Below are positions 42,493 through 52,465 of a stretch of DNA of 64,000 bases, in pieces (within the stretch, counting starts at the first letter, position 1; each line of letters starts with the position of its first letter). Under the pieces are notes generated by a model, which saw nothing but the letters and a program-made list of their open reading frames with translations, did not search any database and was not told the DNA's origin. This DNA comes from Ignavibacteriota bacterium (GTDB lineage Bacteria; Bacteroidota; Ignavibacteria; UBA10030; CAVZMI01), in NCBI GenBank assembly GCA_963776275.1, contig CAVZMI010000008.1:1-64000 (forward strand). The letters are read 5' to 3'. The position numbers were made by a program, and so were the translations under genes.

Positions 42493-43281
42493 TTAATATC
42501 GATCGAGTTTAAATTTCTCGCCGAGATATAACCTGCGTGCCTCCTTGTCATTTGCCAGCGATTGAGATGTCCCTGTCATGAGGATTTCCCCTTCGAATAA
42601 CAGGTATGCACGATCGGTTATGGAAAGTGTTTCGTGCACATTATGATCGGTAACGAGAACTCCGATCGATCGGTTCTTCAGTGCATGGACAATTCGCATA
42701 ACTTCTTCGACAGCGATCGGATCGATACCGGCAAACGGTTCATCGAGTAGAATGAATTTCGGGTTTGTTGCCAGTGCCCGGGCGATTTCGGTACGCCGCC
42801 GTTCACCTCCCGAGAGCATATACCCGAGGCTTTTTGACAGATGAGTGAGTCCGAAGTCCTCGAGCAATTGATCTGCCCGCTCGTTCCGTTGAGCCGGGCT
42901 GAGCGGCATCATTTCGAGTACGGCGAGTATATTGTCGCGTACATTCATTTTTCGAAATATTGACGCTTCCTGCGGGAGATAACCGAGCCCGAGTTGTGCA
43001 CGGACATACATCGGTTCATCGGTGATTTCCCGGCTATTCAGAAATACTCTCCCGTCAGTCGGTGCGATCATTCCTATCATCATATAAAATGTCGTTGTCT
43101 TTCCGGCGCCGTTCGGTCCGAGCAATCCGACACATTCTCCCTGACGTACGTCGATCGTAACATTCTTGACGACGAAACGTTTTTTATATCGTTTAAAGAG
43201 TCCTTCCGAACGAAGGGTATCTCCGAGAATTGGCGGAGTTTTCGAGATTGATTTTACCCGGGTTTTTTTCTTTTTATTCAT
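42493..43281 (-). CDS. lptB: LPS export ABC ATPase
   Basis: GPNGAGKTT, YLPQEASIF, LSGGERRR, TDHNV. Confidence 0.97.
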   Translation of the reverse strand: MNKKKKTRVKSISKTPPILGDTLRSEGLFKRYKKRFVVKNVTIDVRQGECVGLLGPNGAGKTTTFYMMIGMIAPTDGRVFLNSREITDEPMYVRAQLGLGYLPQEASIFRKMNVRDNILAVLEMMPLSPAQRNERADQLLEDFGLTHLSKSLGYMLSGGERRRTEIARALATNPKFILLDEPFAGIDPIAVEEVMRIVHALKNRSIGVLVTDHNVHETLSITDRAYLLFEGEILMTGTSQSLANDKEARRLYLGEKFKLDRY

Positions 43282-44590
43282 AATCCTTTTCTACGATTGT
43301 GTCGCCGATATATCGGAATGAAGGGCGATGAGTCACCCATTTAAATCCTGCAAGATTGTAGTTGCCCTCTTTCCCCCTGACCATTTTCTCCGGGTAGTAA
43401 TTTCCCTGCACACCGCCCACGACGTTAATGTCCTGAAGTCGGCCTTTTGAGAAAAGGAGCGTGATTATATCGCCGCTGGATTTATTGGCTCCATTGGGAG
43501 TCTGTTCTTCGTATAAATAATAGAGACTCGTAGCTGTCTGTTCAACAACAATTCGTCTAATTTTTCCCTCTAGGAATTCCATCGTCAGATTCCGTCCTGT
43601 CAACTGGTTGAAGCGGGTAAATGTTAATGAATCACTTTTAGAAACCGCAAAGGCATTTCCGCGGACGATTATGAGCTCCAGTTTTCGTTGTTTCATGGTA
43701 ATGACGATTGTATCGCCGCTGAGCTGGTTTTGTTCGTACCAGACAATTGGTGATGATTCGAGGATAATCCGGTCCTTTCCAGGGTGATACGTTCCTTTTC
43801 CGGCGCGTGCAGCTGTCTGGCCGCGTAACAATCGGACGCTATCGGAGGCGATAAATCTTTTAGTCGAGTCGTCATATGATTCCATCAGCTTACTGACGAT
43901 AATCAGCGTATCGATTGTTTCGTTGGTAGTGTCGAAACGCACGAGCCGCGGCGTGTCGGGAATACGCGTATAGTTGTTTTCATCAAAGTGTTCCAGAAAA
44001 TTTCCATAGATGATCGTATTGTCCGTCTTGCTCCTGACCTTCACATTCCCTCTGCATTCGGCTTTCCTTTTTTTTTGGTCGTATGTTCCTTCACGTGCAA
44101 GAAGAACCGATGCAGAGTCGACCACCATCATATTACGGTTAAAAAAAGCCTTTTTCTCCCCGGTCACGTATATGCCGGAATCGGCGTTGATCGTCATGTG
44201 TCCATTGTTCAATGTGACGCCGCCGTCTCCGTAGGCGATTTTTGTGTTTCCGTCGTAAAAACCGTGAGGTGCAGTAAGCGTGACCGTATCCTGGATGACC
44301 CGGACATTTCCCCGCAGTTCTACCCGGTTCATCATAAGATATTGGATTGCTTTATCGCATGAGACGAAAATGTTTCCCTGCCGAAATTCCACGTTTCCTA
44401 TCACTTCCCGGATTTTTTCGTTAATCACGTTGAAACTATCGGCACGACGGAGTACAACAGCGGTACTATCCTGCGCATGAATTTGCAGCCCGGATGCAAG
44501 CAGTGCAATGGAAAGCACTCCACGAATATGTCGGTGCAGATGAATTCCAATTCCGGCGTTATTTTTGTTTTTTGGATTCACCCGAGACAT
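43274..44590 (-). CDS. lptA: OstA/LptA-like LPS transport protein
   Basis: Beta-jellyroll GNV repeats; located between lptC and lptB; start uncertain. Confidence 0.8.
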   Translation of the reverse strand: MSRVNPKNKNNAGIGIHLHRHIRGVLSIALLASGLQIHAQDSTAVVLRRADSFNVINEKIREVIGNVEFRQGNIFVSCDKAIQYLMMNRVELRGNVRVIQDTVTLTAPHGFYDGNTKIAYGDGGVTLNNGHMTINADSGIYVTGEKKAFFNRNMMVVDSASVLLAREGTYDQKKRKAECRGNVKVRSKTDNTIIYGNFLEHFDENNYTRIPDTPRLVRFDTTNETIDTLIIVSKLMESYDDSTKRFIASDSVRLLRGQTAARAGKGTYHPGKDRIILESSPIVWYEQNQLSGDTIVITMKQRKLELIIVRGNAFAVSKSDSLTFTRFNQLTGRNLTMEFLEGKIRRIVVEQTATSLYYLYEEQTPNGANKSSGDIITLLFSKGRLQDINVVGGVQGNYYPEKMVRGKEGNYNLAGFKWVTHRPSFRYIGDTIVEKDYE

Positions 44591-45104
44591 TGAATATTTT
44601 ATAATTTTTAAGACTCTGATCCGACTCCAGCCCGGTTCCCTGTAGATCCTCCGTCGCTGAGGAAATACTGACAAAACTTTTTGTATGGATTATTCGTGTC
44701 GCGTTCGTCCACTGGAGTTGTTCCGTCCGCAGTATCGTTCCGCTGTCGGAAACAACGACCACATTATCTATGGCTTCGAGGTCATGGTTCAGGTCGTTAA
44801 CAAGAGCCTTTTGCGATGTCAGTACAGATGTATGGTTTTCATTGTTATCATAGAAATCGACCCGAACGTTCCCGTCAATGTACGTCATTCGTTGTGACGC
44901 ATATTTAGCGATGTGGCCTGCATGAAGCACAGCCTTGATTTTTCCGGAATCGGAAAAAGTCACGGTTGTATTCCAGCTTTCCTGTGTGGGCATTTCACCC
45001 TGTATGCCGGTCTGGAGTACCGAAGGCTTGATTTTCTCCTCGCATCCGGCAGAAAGAATCAAAACCATTCCGGCGAAGAGAAATATTTTAAAACGAGTTA
45101 TCAT
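44559..45104 (-). CDS. lptC: LPS export protein LptC
   Basis: PTQESW, LRTEQLQW, GTGLESD; synteny. Confidence 0.88.
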   Translation of the reverse strand: MITRFKIFLFAGMVLILSAGCEEKIKPSVLQTGIQGEMPTQESWNTTVTFSDSGKIKAVLHAGHIAKYASQRMTYIDGNVRVDFYDNNENHTSVLTSQKALVNDLNHDLEAIDNVVVVSDSGTILRTEQLQWTNATRIIHTKSFVSISSATEDLQGTGLESDQSLKNYKIFNVSGESKKQK

Positions 45105-46071
45105 TGCTTAAACCGGCTTTCACGAGATCGTGCAAGTGAACGACACCAATAGGTTTATGTTGATCATCAACGACAACAAGCTGGGTAATGTTATATTGTT
45201 CCATCTCCTGCAGAGCTACGGCAGCGAGTATATCGGCAGTAATCGTATGAGGATTCTTTGTCATAATTTGTTGGGCCGTGAGCAAGCCGACATCTGTCGT
45301 TTTTTGTAGAAGCCGGCGAAGGTCTCCGTCAGTAATAATGCCTGCAAGCGATCCGTCCTCATTGACGACGCATGTCGCTCCGAGCCGTTTGGATGTCATG
45401 ACGATAATTGCATCTTTGAAGCTGGTAGAAGGTTTGACGATCGGGATTCCGTCGCCTTTGATCATTATCTCTTCTGTTTTTAATAACAAACGTTTTCCTA
45501 AATTGCCTCCCGGATGGAACATCGCAAAATCTTCTTTGGTGAAATTTCGTTGTTCGAGAAGCGCAACTGCCAGCGCGTCGCCCATAACTAGGGTTACCGT
45601 CGTGGATGATGTGGGTGCAAGATTATGCGGACACGCCTCCTCTTTTACGCTGATATCAAGGACGATTTCTGAGTTCCGGCCCAGCCTGGAATTCGGATTA
45701 CCCACCATGGCGATGAGCCTGGTACCGATACGTTTGAACAGCGGAACAAGCTGGTAGAGTTCTTCCGTCTCCCCGCTTTTTGAAATCATAATCACGACAT
45801 CATCCTTTGAGACAATGCCGAGATCGCCATGAATCGCATCGGTAGGGTGGACGAAAATTGCCGGAGTCCCGGTTGAGTTCATTGTTGCCACAATCTTCCG
45901 GGCAATGAGTCCGGATTTTCCCATACCTGTGACTATGACGTGTCCGGTGCTTGAACCGATCATCTTAACGGCATGTTCGAATTGCTCGTTGATCCGGTCT
46001 TCAAGCGATGCGACGGCGCCGAGCTCGATCCGGACAACCTCTTTTCCTTTTTCGACGATAGAAAGTGCCAT
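45088..46071 (-). CDS. kdsD: Arabinose-5-phosphate isomerase
   Basis: GMGKSG, HGDLG, APTSST, HPGG, CBS pair. Confidence 0.96.
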   Translation of the reverse strand: MALSIVEKGKEVVRIELGAVASLEDRINEQFEHAVKMIGSSTGHVIVTGMGKSGLIARKIVATMNSTGTPAIFVHPTDAIHGDLGIVSKDDVVIMISKSGETEELYQLVPLFKRIGTRLIAMVGNPNSRLGRNSEIVLDISVKEEACPHNLAPTSSTTVTLVMGDALAVALLEQRNFTKEDFAMFHPGGNLGKRLLLKTEEIMIKGDGIPIVKPSTSFKDAIIVMTSKRLGATCVVNEDGSLAGIITDGDLRRLLQKTTDVGLLTAQQIMTKNPHTITADILAAVALQEMEQYNITQLVVVDDQHKPIGVVHLHDLVKAGLSNDNSF

Positions 46072-46113
46072 TCGTTCCTCAATATCGATAATATATTATA
46101 ATACGATACTGCT

Positions 46114-46629
46114 TCACCCTATTTTCTTTTGCACTCTGAGAATCATGTCAAGAATTTCACGGACAGCACCGCGCCCGCCGGCGTTATGTGTCACGAAATC
46201 GACTTCTGACTGAACTTCTGCAACCGCATCCGAAGGTGCAGCACCGAAACCTACAGTTCCAAGTAATGGAAGATCGGGGATATCGTCACCGATATAACAG
46301 ATTTCATCATCACGCAACTTGGCGTAATTTTTCAGATCGGTATATGCTTTTATTTTATCCTCAACCCCTTGGTAGATGTCGGTAATTCCCAGTTCGCGTG
46401 CCCGGGCTTCGACGAGTTCGGAACGCCGTCCCGTGATAACACCGACCCGCAGGCCTGATTCAATCGCGCGTCGGATTCCAAATCCGTCATGCGAATCAAA
46501 AAATTTCGTTTCCGTAATCGCAAGCCCGACATTACCAATGACGACTCTTCCATCGGTAAGTACCCCGTCGACATCCAGCAGTACGAGTCGTATTTTTTTC
46601 AGTTTTGAATTAATATTTTTTTTCTGCAT
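46114..46629 (-). CDS. kdsC: KDO 8-phosphate phosphatase
   Basis: DVDGVLTDG, GDDIPD, GGRGAVRE. Confidence 0.96.
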   Translation of the reverse strand: MQKKNINSKLKKIRLVLLDVDGVLTDGRVVIGNVGLAITETKFFDSHDGFGIRRAIESGLRVGVITGRRSELVEARARELGITDIYQGVEDKIKAYTDLKNYAKLRDDEICYIGDDIPDLPLLGTVGFGAAPSDAVAEVQSEVDFVTHNAGGRGAVREILDMILRVQKKIG

Positions 46630-46635
46630 ACGGGA

Positions 46636-47478
46636 TTATTCGAAAGTCCGCACAAGTTGATCGAGTGATTTCAACTGATGTACCAGCTGTTCCAGCCGAG
46701 ATAGCGGAAGCTGACTTGCTGCATCGCTCAAAGCTTTACTGGGGTCCGGATGAGTCTCAATAAACACGGCATCGACTCCCACAGCCACGCCGGCACGGGC
46801 GATCGGGAAAATGAATTCCGGTTGTCCACCCGATTGTTCAGCATCTCCGCCGGGAAGCTGGACGGAATGTGTCGCATCGAGAACAACCGGGAATCCGAAC
46901 TTCCGCATGATGGTGAGGCCGCGCATATCGACGATAAGATTATGATACCCGAATGTGGTGCCGCGCTCAGTGAGTAAAACTTTCGAGTTGCCGGTTGATG
47001 TGACTTTCTCGGCGGCATGTTTCATGTCGTCGGGCGCAAGAAATTGCCCTTTTTTAATATTCACCACACGACCCGTCTTCCCTGCGGCTTGTAACAGATC
47101 GGTTTGTCGTGATAGAAACGCGGGAATTTGAAGGATGTCTACTACTTCGGCAGCAATGGAAGCTTCTTGTTCCGAATGGATATCGGTGAGAACGGGAATG
47201 CCGAATGTCCGTTTCACCTCTTCCAGAATTTTTAATCCCTGTTCTATTCCCAGCGAGCTAAAGGATGCAATACTTGTTCTATTTGCTTTTTTATACGATG
47301 ATTTAAAAATAACGGGAATTGCATATTTCTGTGCACATGACACTATCGATTCGGCGGTTGCGAGGATCATATCCCGACTTTCGATTACACAGGGCCCTGC
47401 AATAAGGACAAGTGCAGAACCGCCTCCGATTGTTACCTTTCCTATTTGAATGGGCGTCATATGATGCAATTGCTCCAC
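46636..47478 (-). CDS. kdsA: KDO 8-phosphate synthase
   Basis: KANRTS, PAFLSRQT, KKGQF, DATHSVQ. Confidence 0.97.
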   Translation of the reverse strand: MEQLHHMTPIQIGKVTIGGGSALVLIAGPCVIESRDMILATAESIVSCAQKYAIPVIFKSSYKKANRTSIASFSSLGIEQGLKILEEVKRTFGIPVLTDIHSEQEASIAAEVVDILQIPAFLSRQTDLLQAAGKTGRVVNIKKGQFLAPDDMKHAAEKVTSTGNSKVLLTERGTTFGYHNLIVDMRGLTIMRKFGFPVVLDATHSVQLPGGDAEQSGGQPEFIFPIARAGVAVGVDAVFIETHPDPSKALSDAASQLPLSRLEQLVHQLKSLDQLVRTFE

Positions 47479-47515
47479 AGTACGATATTTTGTGAATAAA
47501 ATTTGATGGTATTAC

Positions 47516-47550
47516 AAAAAAGGCGGAAACCTTTGAGGTGCTTCCGCCTT
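47516..47550 (-). terminator. Attenuator terminator hairpin
   Basis: Minus strand AAGGCGGAAGCACCTCAAAGGTTTCCGCCTTTTTT. Confidence 0.85.
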
Positions 47551-47558
47551 ATCGACAC

Positions 47559-47660
47559 TCAGTACGCGTGTTCGAATATATCCTCGGTAGACGCACCACT
47601 AAGGGTCCGCCACCAGTAATAATAGGAGTATCCGAATACGTTTAGTTGTGGATTTATCAT
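47559..47660 (-). CDS. 33-aa aromatic-rich leader peptide MINPQLNVFGYSYYYWWRTLSGASTEDIFEHAY
   Basis: Hand translation; YSYYYWW codon run directly upstream of a terminator. Confidence 0.8.
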   Translation of the reverse strand: MINPQLNVFGYSYYYWWRTLSGASTEDIFEHAY

Positions 47661-47666
47661 GGCATT

Positions 47667-47694
47667 AATATAATAATTTATTTTCGAAAGTCAA
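47667..47694 (-). promoter_or_regulatory. Sigma70-like promoter of the leader
   Basis: TTGACT-16bp-TATATT, 6 nt before the leader ATG. Confidence 0.65.
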
Positions 47695-47871
47695 GATACG
47701 GCGTAGCAGTACCCTTCGACAAGCTCAGGGTCTTCGACTTTAATGCGTATGTTTAAAAAGCAAACCTCCTTTTAAGTGAGTATATTTAGGTGCGGTGAAA
47801 CAGTCCCGCTACGCGGCTACGCGGTATTGCAACAATGGGTAGATTATGGTAAATTATATTATCAGAATCTA

Positions 47872-48858
47872 ATGAAATTCTTCCTGAAAATATTACCTCA
47901 CAGGTCATGGTGTGTGCTCGTTGTCCTGGCTGCCCTTGTGACGATCCCATACATGAGCCGGGCTTCGGTTAGTGTAACTGATTCAACAGATGAACTCACC
48001 GGAAGCATCGCAAATCCTTCTATAGGAAATAAAGGTACGTCGGCCGATTCTTTGCAACAGACAATTTATGTTCAGCCGCCTCTTAAATGGCACTCGATGA
48101 TCAGCAGAATACCTGGCGACTGGGTGCGCTGGTCGAAATCAACATTTCAGATGGAAAATATTCCGGAAATTCTCGGTATCGCCGCACTGAGCTGGTTGCT
48201 CATTGTAACGGATGAAGATTCATGGCAGGCGTCGAAAAGGATTTATGAAGGTTCAGGATTTGTAAAATCGACGAGCGACTTTTTTACCATGATGGGGGAT
48301 GGAAGTGACCAATTTGGGATGGGAGGCGCATTCGGTCTTTACGGACTTGTCACCAGCGATGAACGTGCTCTGCGGACGGGAAGCGAGATCATTGAGGCTG
48401 TACTCTCATCAGGAACGGTTGTTCAGGTGTTGAAGCATATTACGGGGAGAGAGAGCCCATTTGTTTCATCCGAACGAGGAGGTGCATGGGTATTTTTCCC
48501 GAACCAGATCGATTATCATAAACGCGTTCCATACTATGACGCGTTTCCGTCGGGTCATATTGCGACGTCGACTGCGACGGTCGTGGTAATTGCAGAGAAT
48601 TATCCGGACTCGAAGTGGATACGCCCCGTTGGTTTTACAATAGTCGGTCTAATTGGCATCGGCATGGCCAATACCGGGATACACTGGTACAGTGATTATC
48701 CGCTGGGAATTGCACTTGGGTATATGTTTGGAATGATTGCCGCACATCCGGAAGGCGTCGAAATTGGAAAAATTGCGCCAGACCATGGGATTCAGATGAG
48801 CCTTGTACCAACAGCTGACGGATGCGGTATCGGGATCGGATTCAAATTTCATCTATAA
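47872..48858 (+). CDS. PAP2 family protein
   Basis: KHITGRESP, FPSGH, HWYSD. Confidence 0.85.
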   Translation: MKFFLKILPHRSWCVLVVLAALVTIPYMSRASVSVTDSTDELTGSIANPSIGNKGTSADSLQQTIYVQPPLKWHSMISRIPGDWVRWSKSTFQMENIPEILGIAALSWLLIVTDEDSWQASKRIYEGSGFVKSTSDFFTMMGDGSDQFGMGGAFGLYGLVTSDERALRTGSEIIEAVLSSGTVVQVLKHITGRESPFVSSERGGAWVFFPNQIDYHKRVPYYDAFPSGHIATSTATVVVIAENYPDSKWIRPVGFTIVGLIGIGMANTGIHWYSDYPLGIALGYMFGMIAAHPEGVEIGKIAPDHGIQMSLVPTADGCGIGIGFKFHL

Positions 48859-48877
48859 TTTATTTTTTTAAAATCCG

Positions 48878-49861
48878 ATGAATATCAAGAACAATTCATC
48901 TCAGGGGGGACACAGACGCCGACTTTTTATCATCTTCGTCTTTCTCTTCTGGTGTCCCACAGCTTTCGGTCAGCAATCGAGTGTCTTCCTGTCAATCGAT
49001 GATTCGGTTTCATCAAATGTATCGCCGTTTAATGTCTCTCAGCAAGATCCATTATACACCTCGATGATCCGACCATCGATAACGCCCGAATGGCATTCCA
49101 TGATTACAAATATTCCGGGTGATCTGAAATCGCTGGGGACTTCACTGTTTCACAAGGAGAACATTCCGTTTTTCACAGGTGTAATGCTGGTTACCTTCGG
49201 TCTGCGTACGGTCGATAAGCAGATATGGGAATGGACAAAGCCAAATTTCAATCGATACCGCTCTTCGTCATCCTTAAACAAATATTTGGTTGAGATCGGT
49301 GATGGCCGGACCCATTTCGCAATTGCAGGAGCTTTTGCAGCGTACGGTTTTATTGTTGATGATCATCGTGCACTGCGGACGGCGAGTCAATCTGTTGAAG
49401 CGATTTTGTTAACAGGGTTTGTTGTTCAGGTGCTAAAACGGATTACAGGAAGAGAGAGTCCTTATGAAGCGGCAAATCCCTATGGAATCTGGAGGCTTTT
49501 TTCCGATCCAAAAGAATACGAACGACATCCCTCACGGTATTATTCATTTCCATCGGGTCATACAGCGACAGCGATGGCGTTACTTACAGTGATTTCACAG
49601 AATTATCCGGAGTGCCAATGGATCAAACCGGTAGGATTGGTGCTTGTCGGGCTTGTCGAATTTGGACTTGTCAATGCCGGGATGCATTGGTGCAGTGATT
49701 TCCCTCTTGCAATGATGCTCGGATATACATGCGGGAGAATAGTCAGTGATCCGGCGATCTCGCGTGATGACGGAATTACGGTCGTTCAATCTTCCAATAT
49801 TACTTTCAAACCGGTTATCACTCCGGTAGGAACAGCGATAGGAGTTTCCCTTCACTTCTGA
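48878..49861 (+). CDS. PAP2 family protein (tandem paralogue)
   Basis: KRITGRESP, FPSGH, HWCSD. Confidence 0.85.
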   Translation: MNIKNNSSQGGHRRRLFIIFVFLFWCPTAFGQQSSVFLSIDDSVSSNVSPFNVSQQDPLYTSMIRPSITPEWHSMITNIPGDLKSLGTSLFHKENIPFFTGVMLVTFGLRTVDKQIWEWTKPNFNRYRSSSSLNKYLVEIGDGRTHFAIAGAFAAYGFIVDDHRALRTASQSVEAILLTGFVVQVLKRITGRESPYEAANPYGIWRLFSDPKEYERHPSRYYSFPSGHTATAMALLTVISQNYPECQWIKPVGLVLVGLVEFGLVNAGMHWCSDFPLAMMLGYTCGRIVSDPAISRDDGITVVQSSNITFKPVITPVGTAIGVSLHF

Positions 49862-49964
49862 GACATATCAGCGATACATCTCATCATTTTGCCTATTATT
49901 CGTGGAAGTAAGAGTGAATATCGATAACCGGTTGAATTCGAGAACTCGGTTCGGCAGGATTTTT

Positions 49965-50471
49965 CTATAGAACAAATTTCCGCTTTGTTTCCTTCAATTT
50001 TCTTATCAGACATTTTTTCACGTACGGCGGCACAAAGTCGCTTACATCTCCGCCAAGCCGGGCCAGCTCTCTGACGATGGACGAATTCAGATAAGTATGA
50101 TTTTCGTGCGGCATGAGAAATACCGTGGTGAATTTGTATTTCTGGGCAATTTTCCTGTTCATCAGGGCCATTTGAAATTCGTATTCGAAGTCTGAAATTG
50201 CTCGGAGCCCTCTGACGACTGCGGATGCTTTTTTCTTTTTGGCATACTCGACCATCAGGCAATCGAAGCTATCCACTTCCACCGTCGGATATTTTTTTGT
50301 TACTGCTTTAATCATATCCAGACGCTCATCGTCTGAGAACATCGGATTTTTTGCGGAGTTCCGTGTAATAGAGACGATGACTTTGTCGAATAATTCGATT
50401 GCGCGTTCGAGGACATCGATATGTCCGTAGGTTATCGGATCAAACGTACCGGGGTAAATGGCAATTTTCAT
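49965..50471 (-). CDS. coaD: Phosphopantetheine adenylyltransferase
   Basis: YPGTFDPITYGH, RGLRAISDFEYE. Confidence 0.98.
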   Translation of the reverse strand: MKIAIYPGTFDPITYGHIDVLERAIELFDKVIVSITRNSAKNPMFSDDERLDMIKAVTKKYPTVEVDSFDCLMVEYAKKKKASAVVRGLRAISDFEYEFQMALMNRKIAQKYKFTTVFLMPHENHTYLNSSIVRELARLGGDVSDFVPPYVKKCLIRKLKETKRKFVL

Positions 50472-51037
50472 AATTCTTTGTCCATTCTCGTTGGCAGGAT
50501 GAAAGAGACCACTGTCATACCAAACACACGTTGGTCCTCAATAATATACTTTGTAGAAGAGGGAAAGGAAATTTTTTTTGTATGTTCCATCACCATGATT
50601 CCATTCCGTGCGATTCGTCCATGCTCGACGAGCAAAATCGGGAGCATTTCGGAATGTTTCAGTGCATACGGGGGATCGACGAACACTAGATCGAACGACT
50701 CGATGCTTTCTTTAATATAGCGGAATGCATTCCCCCGGATAACTTCAGCACGCCTGGAAGCCGATTCACCGAGCATCCGGAGATTTTCTTCGATGACACG
50801 AACGGCAGGATATGCCTGCTCGACGAACACAGCTCGCTCGGCACCGCGGCTCAGGGCTTCGATCCCGACACTACCGCTTCCGGCAAAAAGATCGAGTACC
50901 TTCGCTCCTGCTATTTGAATGCGGTTATTTAAAATATTAAACAGGGACTCTCTGACTCTGTCGGTTGCGGGGCGGACAGAGCGGTTGTCTACGGTGCGAA
51001 GGATGCGCCCGCCGTATTCACCAGCGATGATGCGCAT
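50468..51037 (-). CDS. rsmD: 16S rRNA m2G966 methyltransferase
   Basis: MRIIAG, RPATDRVRESLFN, DPPY. Confidence 0.96.
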   Translation of the reverse strand: MRIIAGEYGGRILRTVDNRSVRPATDRVRESLFNILNNRIQIAGAKVLDLFAGSGSVGIEALSRGAERAVFVEQAYPAVRVIEENLRMLGESASRRAEVIRGNAFRYIKESIESFDLVFVDPPYALKHSEMLPILLVEHGRIARNGIMVMEHTKKISFPSSTKYIIEDQRVFGMTVVSFILPTRMDKEL

Positions 51038-51039
51038 CG

Positions 51040-51963
51040 TTATTCTTTCCTGAGGGCCATCCCTACGCAGGGCGCAAATTGATAGGCCAGCCGCCTGTAT
51101 TTTGCTCCATCCCGGAATTGTTTCCCGAATTTTATTCTTTTAAATACATCGATGACCTCAAAGGGGACTGAAAGCTGATCGCGGAATGATCGGAGAAGCT
51201 CCGTCCCGATCAGAGGTCCGTGAACATAAATCTTGGAAATCTTTTTCTGTTGATGGAATGAAAGAAGAGCCGCGATTTGTGACGCCGCATCGGTCGGAGA
51301 TGAAAACTCCAAACTTGAATAGGCGACCGCATGTCCCTTTCGAAGAACCGTAAAATCGAAACTCGATTTTTTCATCCCGAGAAATGCAGTCGTGTGATGA
51401 GCGATCTCGGGATAATTCAGGCGTAACGCATATTCGGCGCCGAAATGATCGACATCGACAATACCGAGGGAGTACCCGAATGATCCAAGGATTTTTTGAA
51501 ATGCCGCCACCATTTCGCGGCGTATAGTGATCATGATCTTGTCGTGGATTCCCTGCTCGGGTTTTTCTTCAAGCGTAATTAGATCGGTAATAAAATTTTT
51601 CGGATCTTCGCCGCTGAAATGAACCCCGAGTTCCCACAAGATTTGCTCGTTCAATTCGATATGGTTCAACGAATTGTCTGTGGGTATGGGAGTGATGAGT
51701 AGCGACTGGCTATCGACTGCGCAGGCAACTTTCTTTGCCGACGTTCTGTTCCGGTTGAAAAGAGTTTTAAGGTCGGTAACCATTGACTCGACAAATAACT
51801 GGTTGGATAAATTCATCTCCTCCGGGTTGTTCGAATAATTAATCACGCTGCGATATGTATCGATCGCAGTCATCGTGAATTCATCGCCGTGCTCCATCTC
51901 GATCATCGTAATGGTATCATCGAGAAAATGGAGAGAGAGGTATTTTTCACTTCGAAGTATCAT
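51040..51963 (-). CDS. PilM-like actin-fold protein
   Basis: IVDVDHF, GMALR terminus; weak pattern match. Confidence 0.55.
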   Translation of the reverse strand: MILRSEKYLSLHFLDDTITMIEMEHGDEFTMTAIDTYRSVINYSNNPEEMNLSNQLFVESMVTDLKTLFNRNRTSAKKVACAVDSQSLLITPIPTDNSLNHIELNEQILWELGVHFSGEDPKNFITDLITLEEKPEQGIHDKIMITIRREMVAAFQKILGSFGYSLGIVDVDHFGAEYALRLNYPEIAHHTTAFLGMKKSSFDFTVLRKGHAVAYSSLEFSSPTDAASQIAALLSFHQQKKISKIYVHGPLIGTELLRSFRDQLSVPFEVIDVFKRIKFGKQFRDGAKYRRLAYQFAPCVGMALRKE

Positions 51964-52450
51964 GGCTGTGTAAATATGGTTTGAGTTTAAGGAATTTTTT
52001 TTCGCCGATACCTTTGACCTTCATTAATTCTTCATTTGTGGCAAATCCGCCATGTTCTTTTCGATAGAGTACGATGCTTTCCGCCGTGGTTTCGCCGATT
52101 CCCGGAAGTGCCACCAATTCTTTTTTTGTTGCAGTATTCAGATCCACGCTTCCGTGCGGAAGAGACTTCTTCTGACTTCCGTGGAATCGCGACGTCGATA
52201 GATCGGCCGGCGATGATGCTTGACTGATGTGCAGGCTGTCAGCGCTCGACCGGGCACGGGATCTCTCTTTAAATTCCCGGTCTATGGCCGTATAGTCGAA
52301 CCGAGGAGGTGATGCGCTCCCGATCATTCCGTAATATAACTTAATTCCACCACCGATGCAGAGTGAAATCAGAAGAAAATATATGACCTTCTGTTCGTTC
52401 GGAGTAAATCCCAGTTTACGGAGAAATTCCCCGGATTTCATGGGCCGCAT
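51947..52450 (-). CDS. comEA: ComEA-like helix-hairpin-helix DNA-binding protein
   Basis: VDLNTAT, LPGIG, VKGIGEK. Confidence 0.88.
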   Translation of the reverse strand: MRPMKSGEFLRKLGFTPNEQKVIYFLLISLCIGGGIKLYYGMIGSASPPRFDYTAIDREFKERSRARSSADSLHISQASSPADLSTSRFHGSQKKSLPHGSVDLNTATKKELVALPGIGETTAESIVLYRKEHGGFATNEELMKVKGIGEKKFLKLKPYLHSHDTSK

Positions 52451-52465
52451 ATATGTCTCTAGGGT

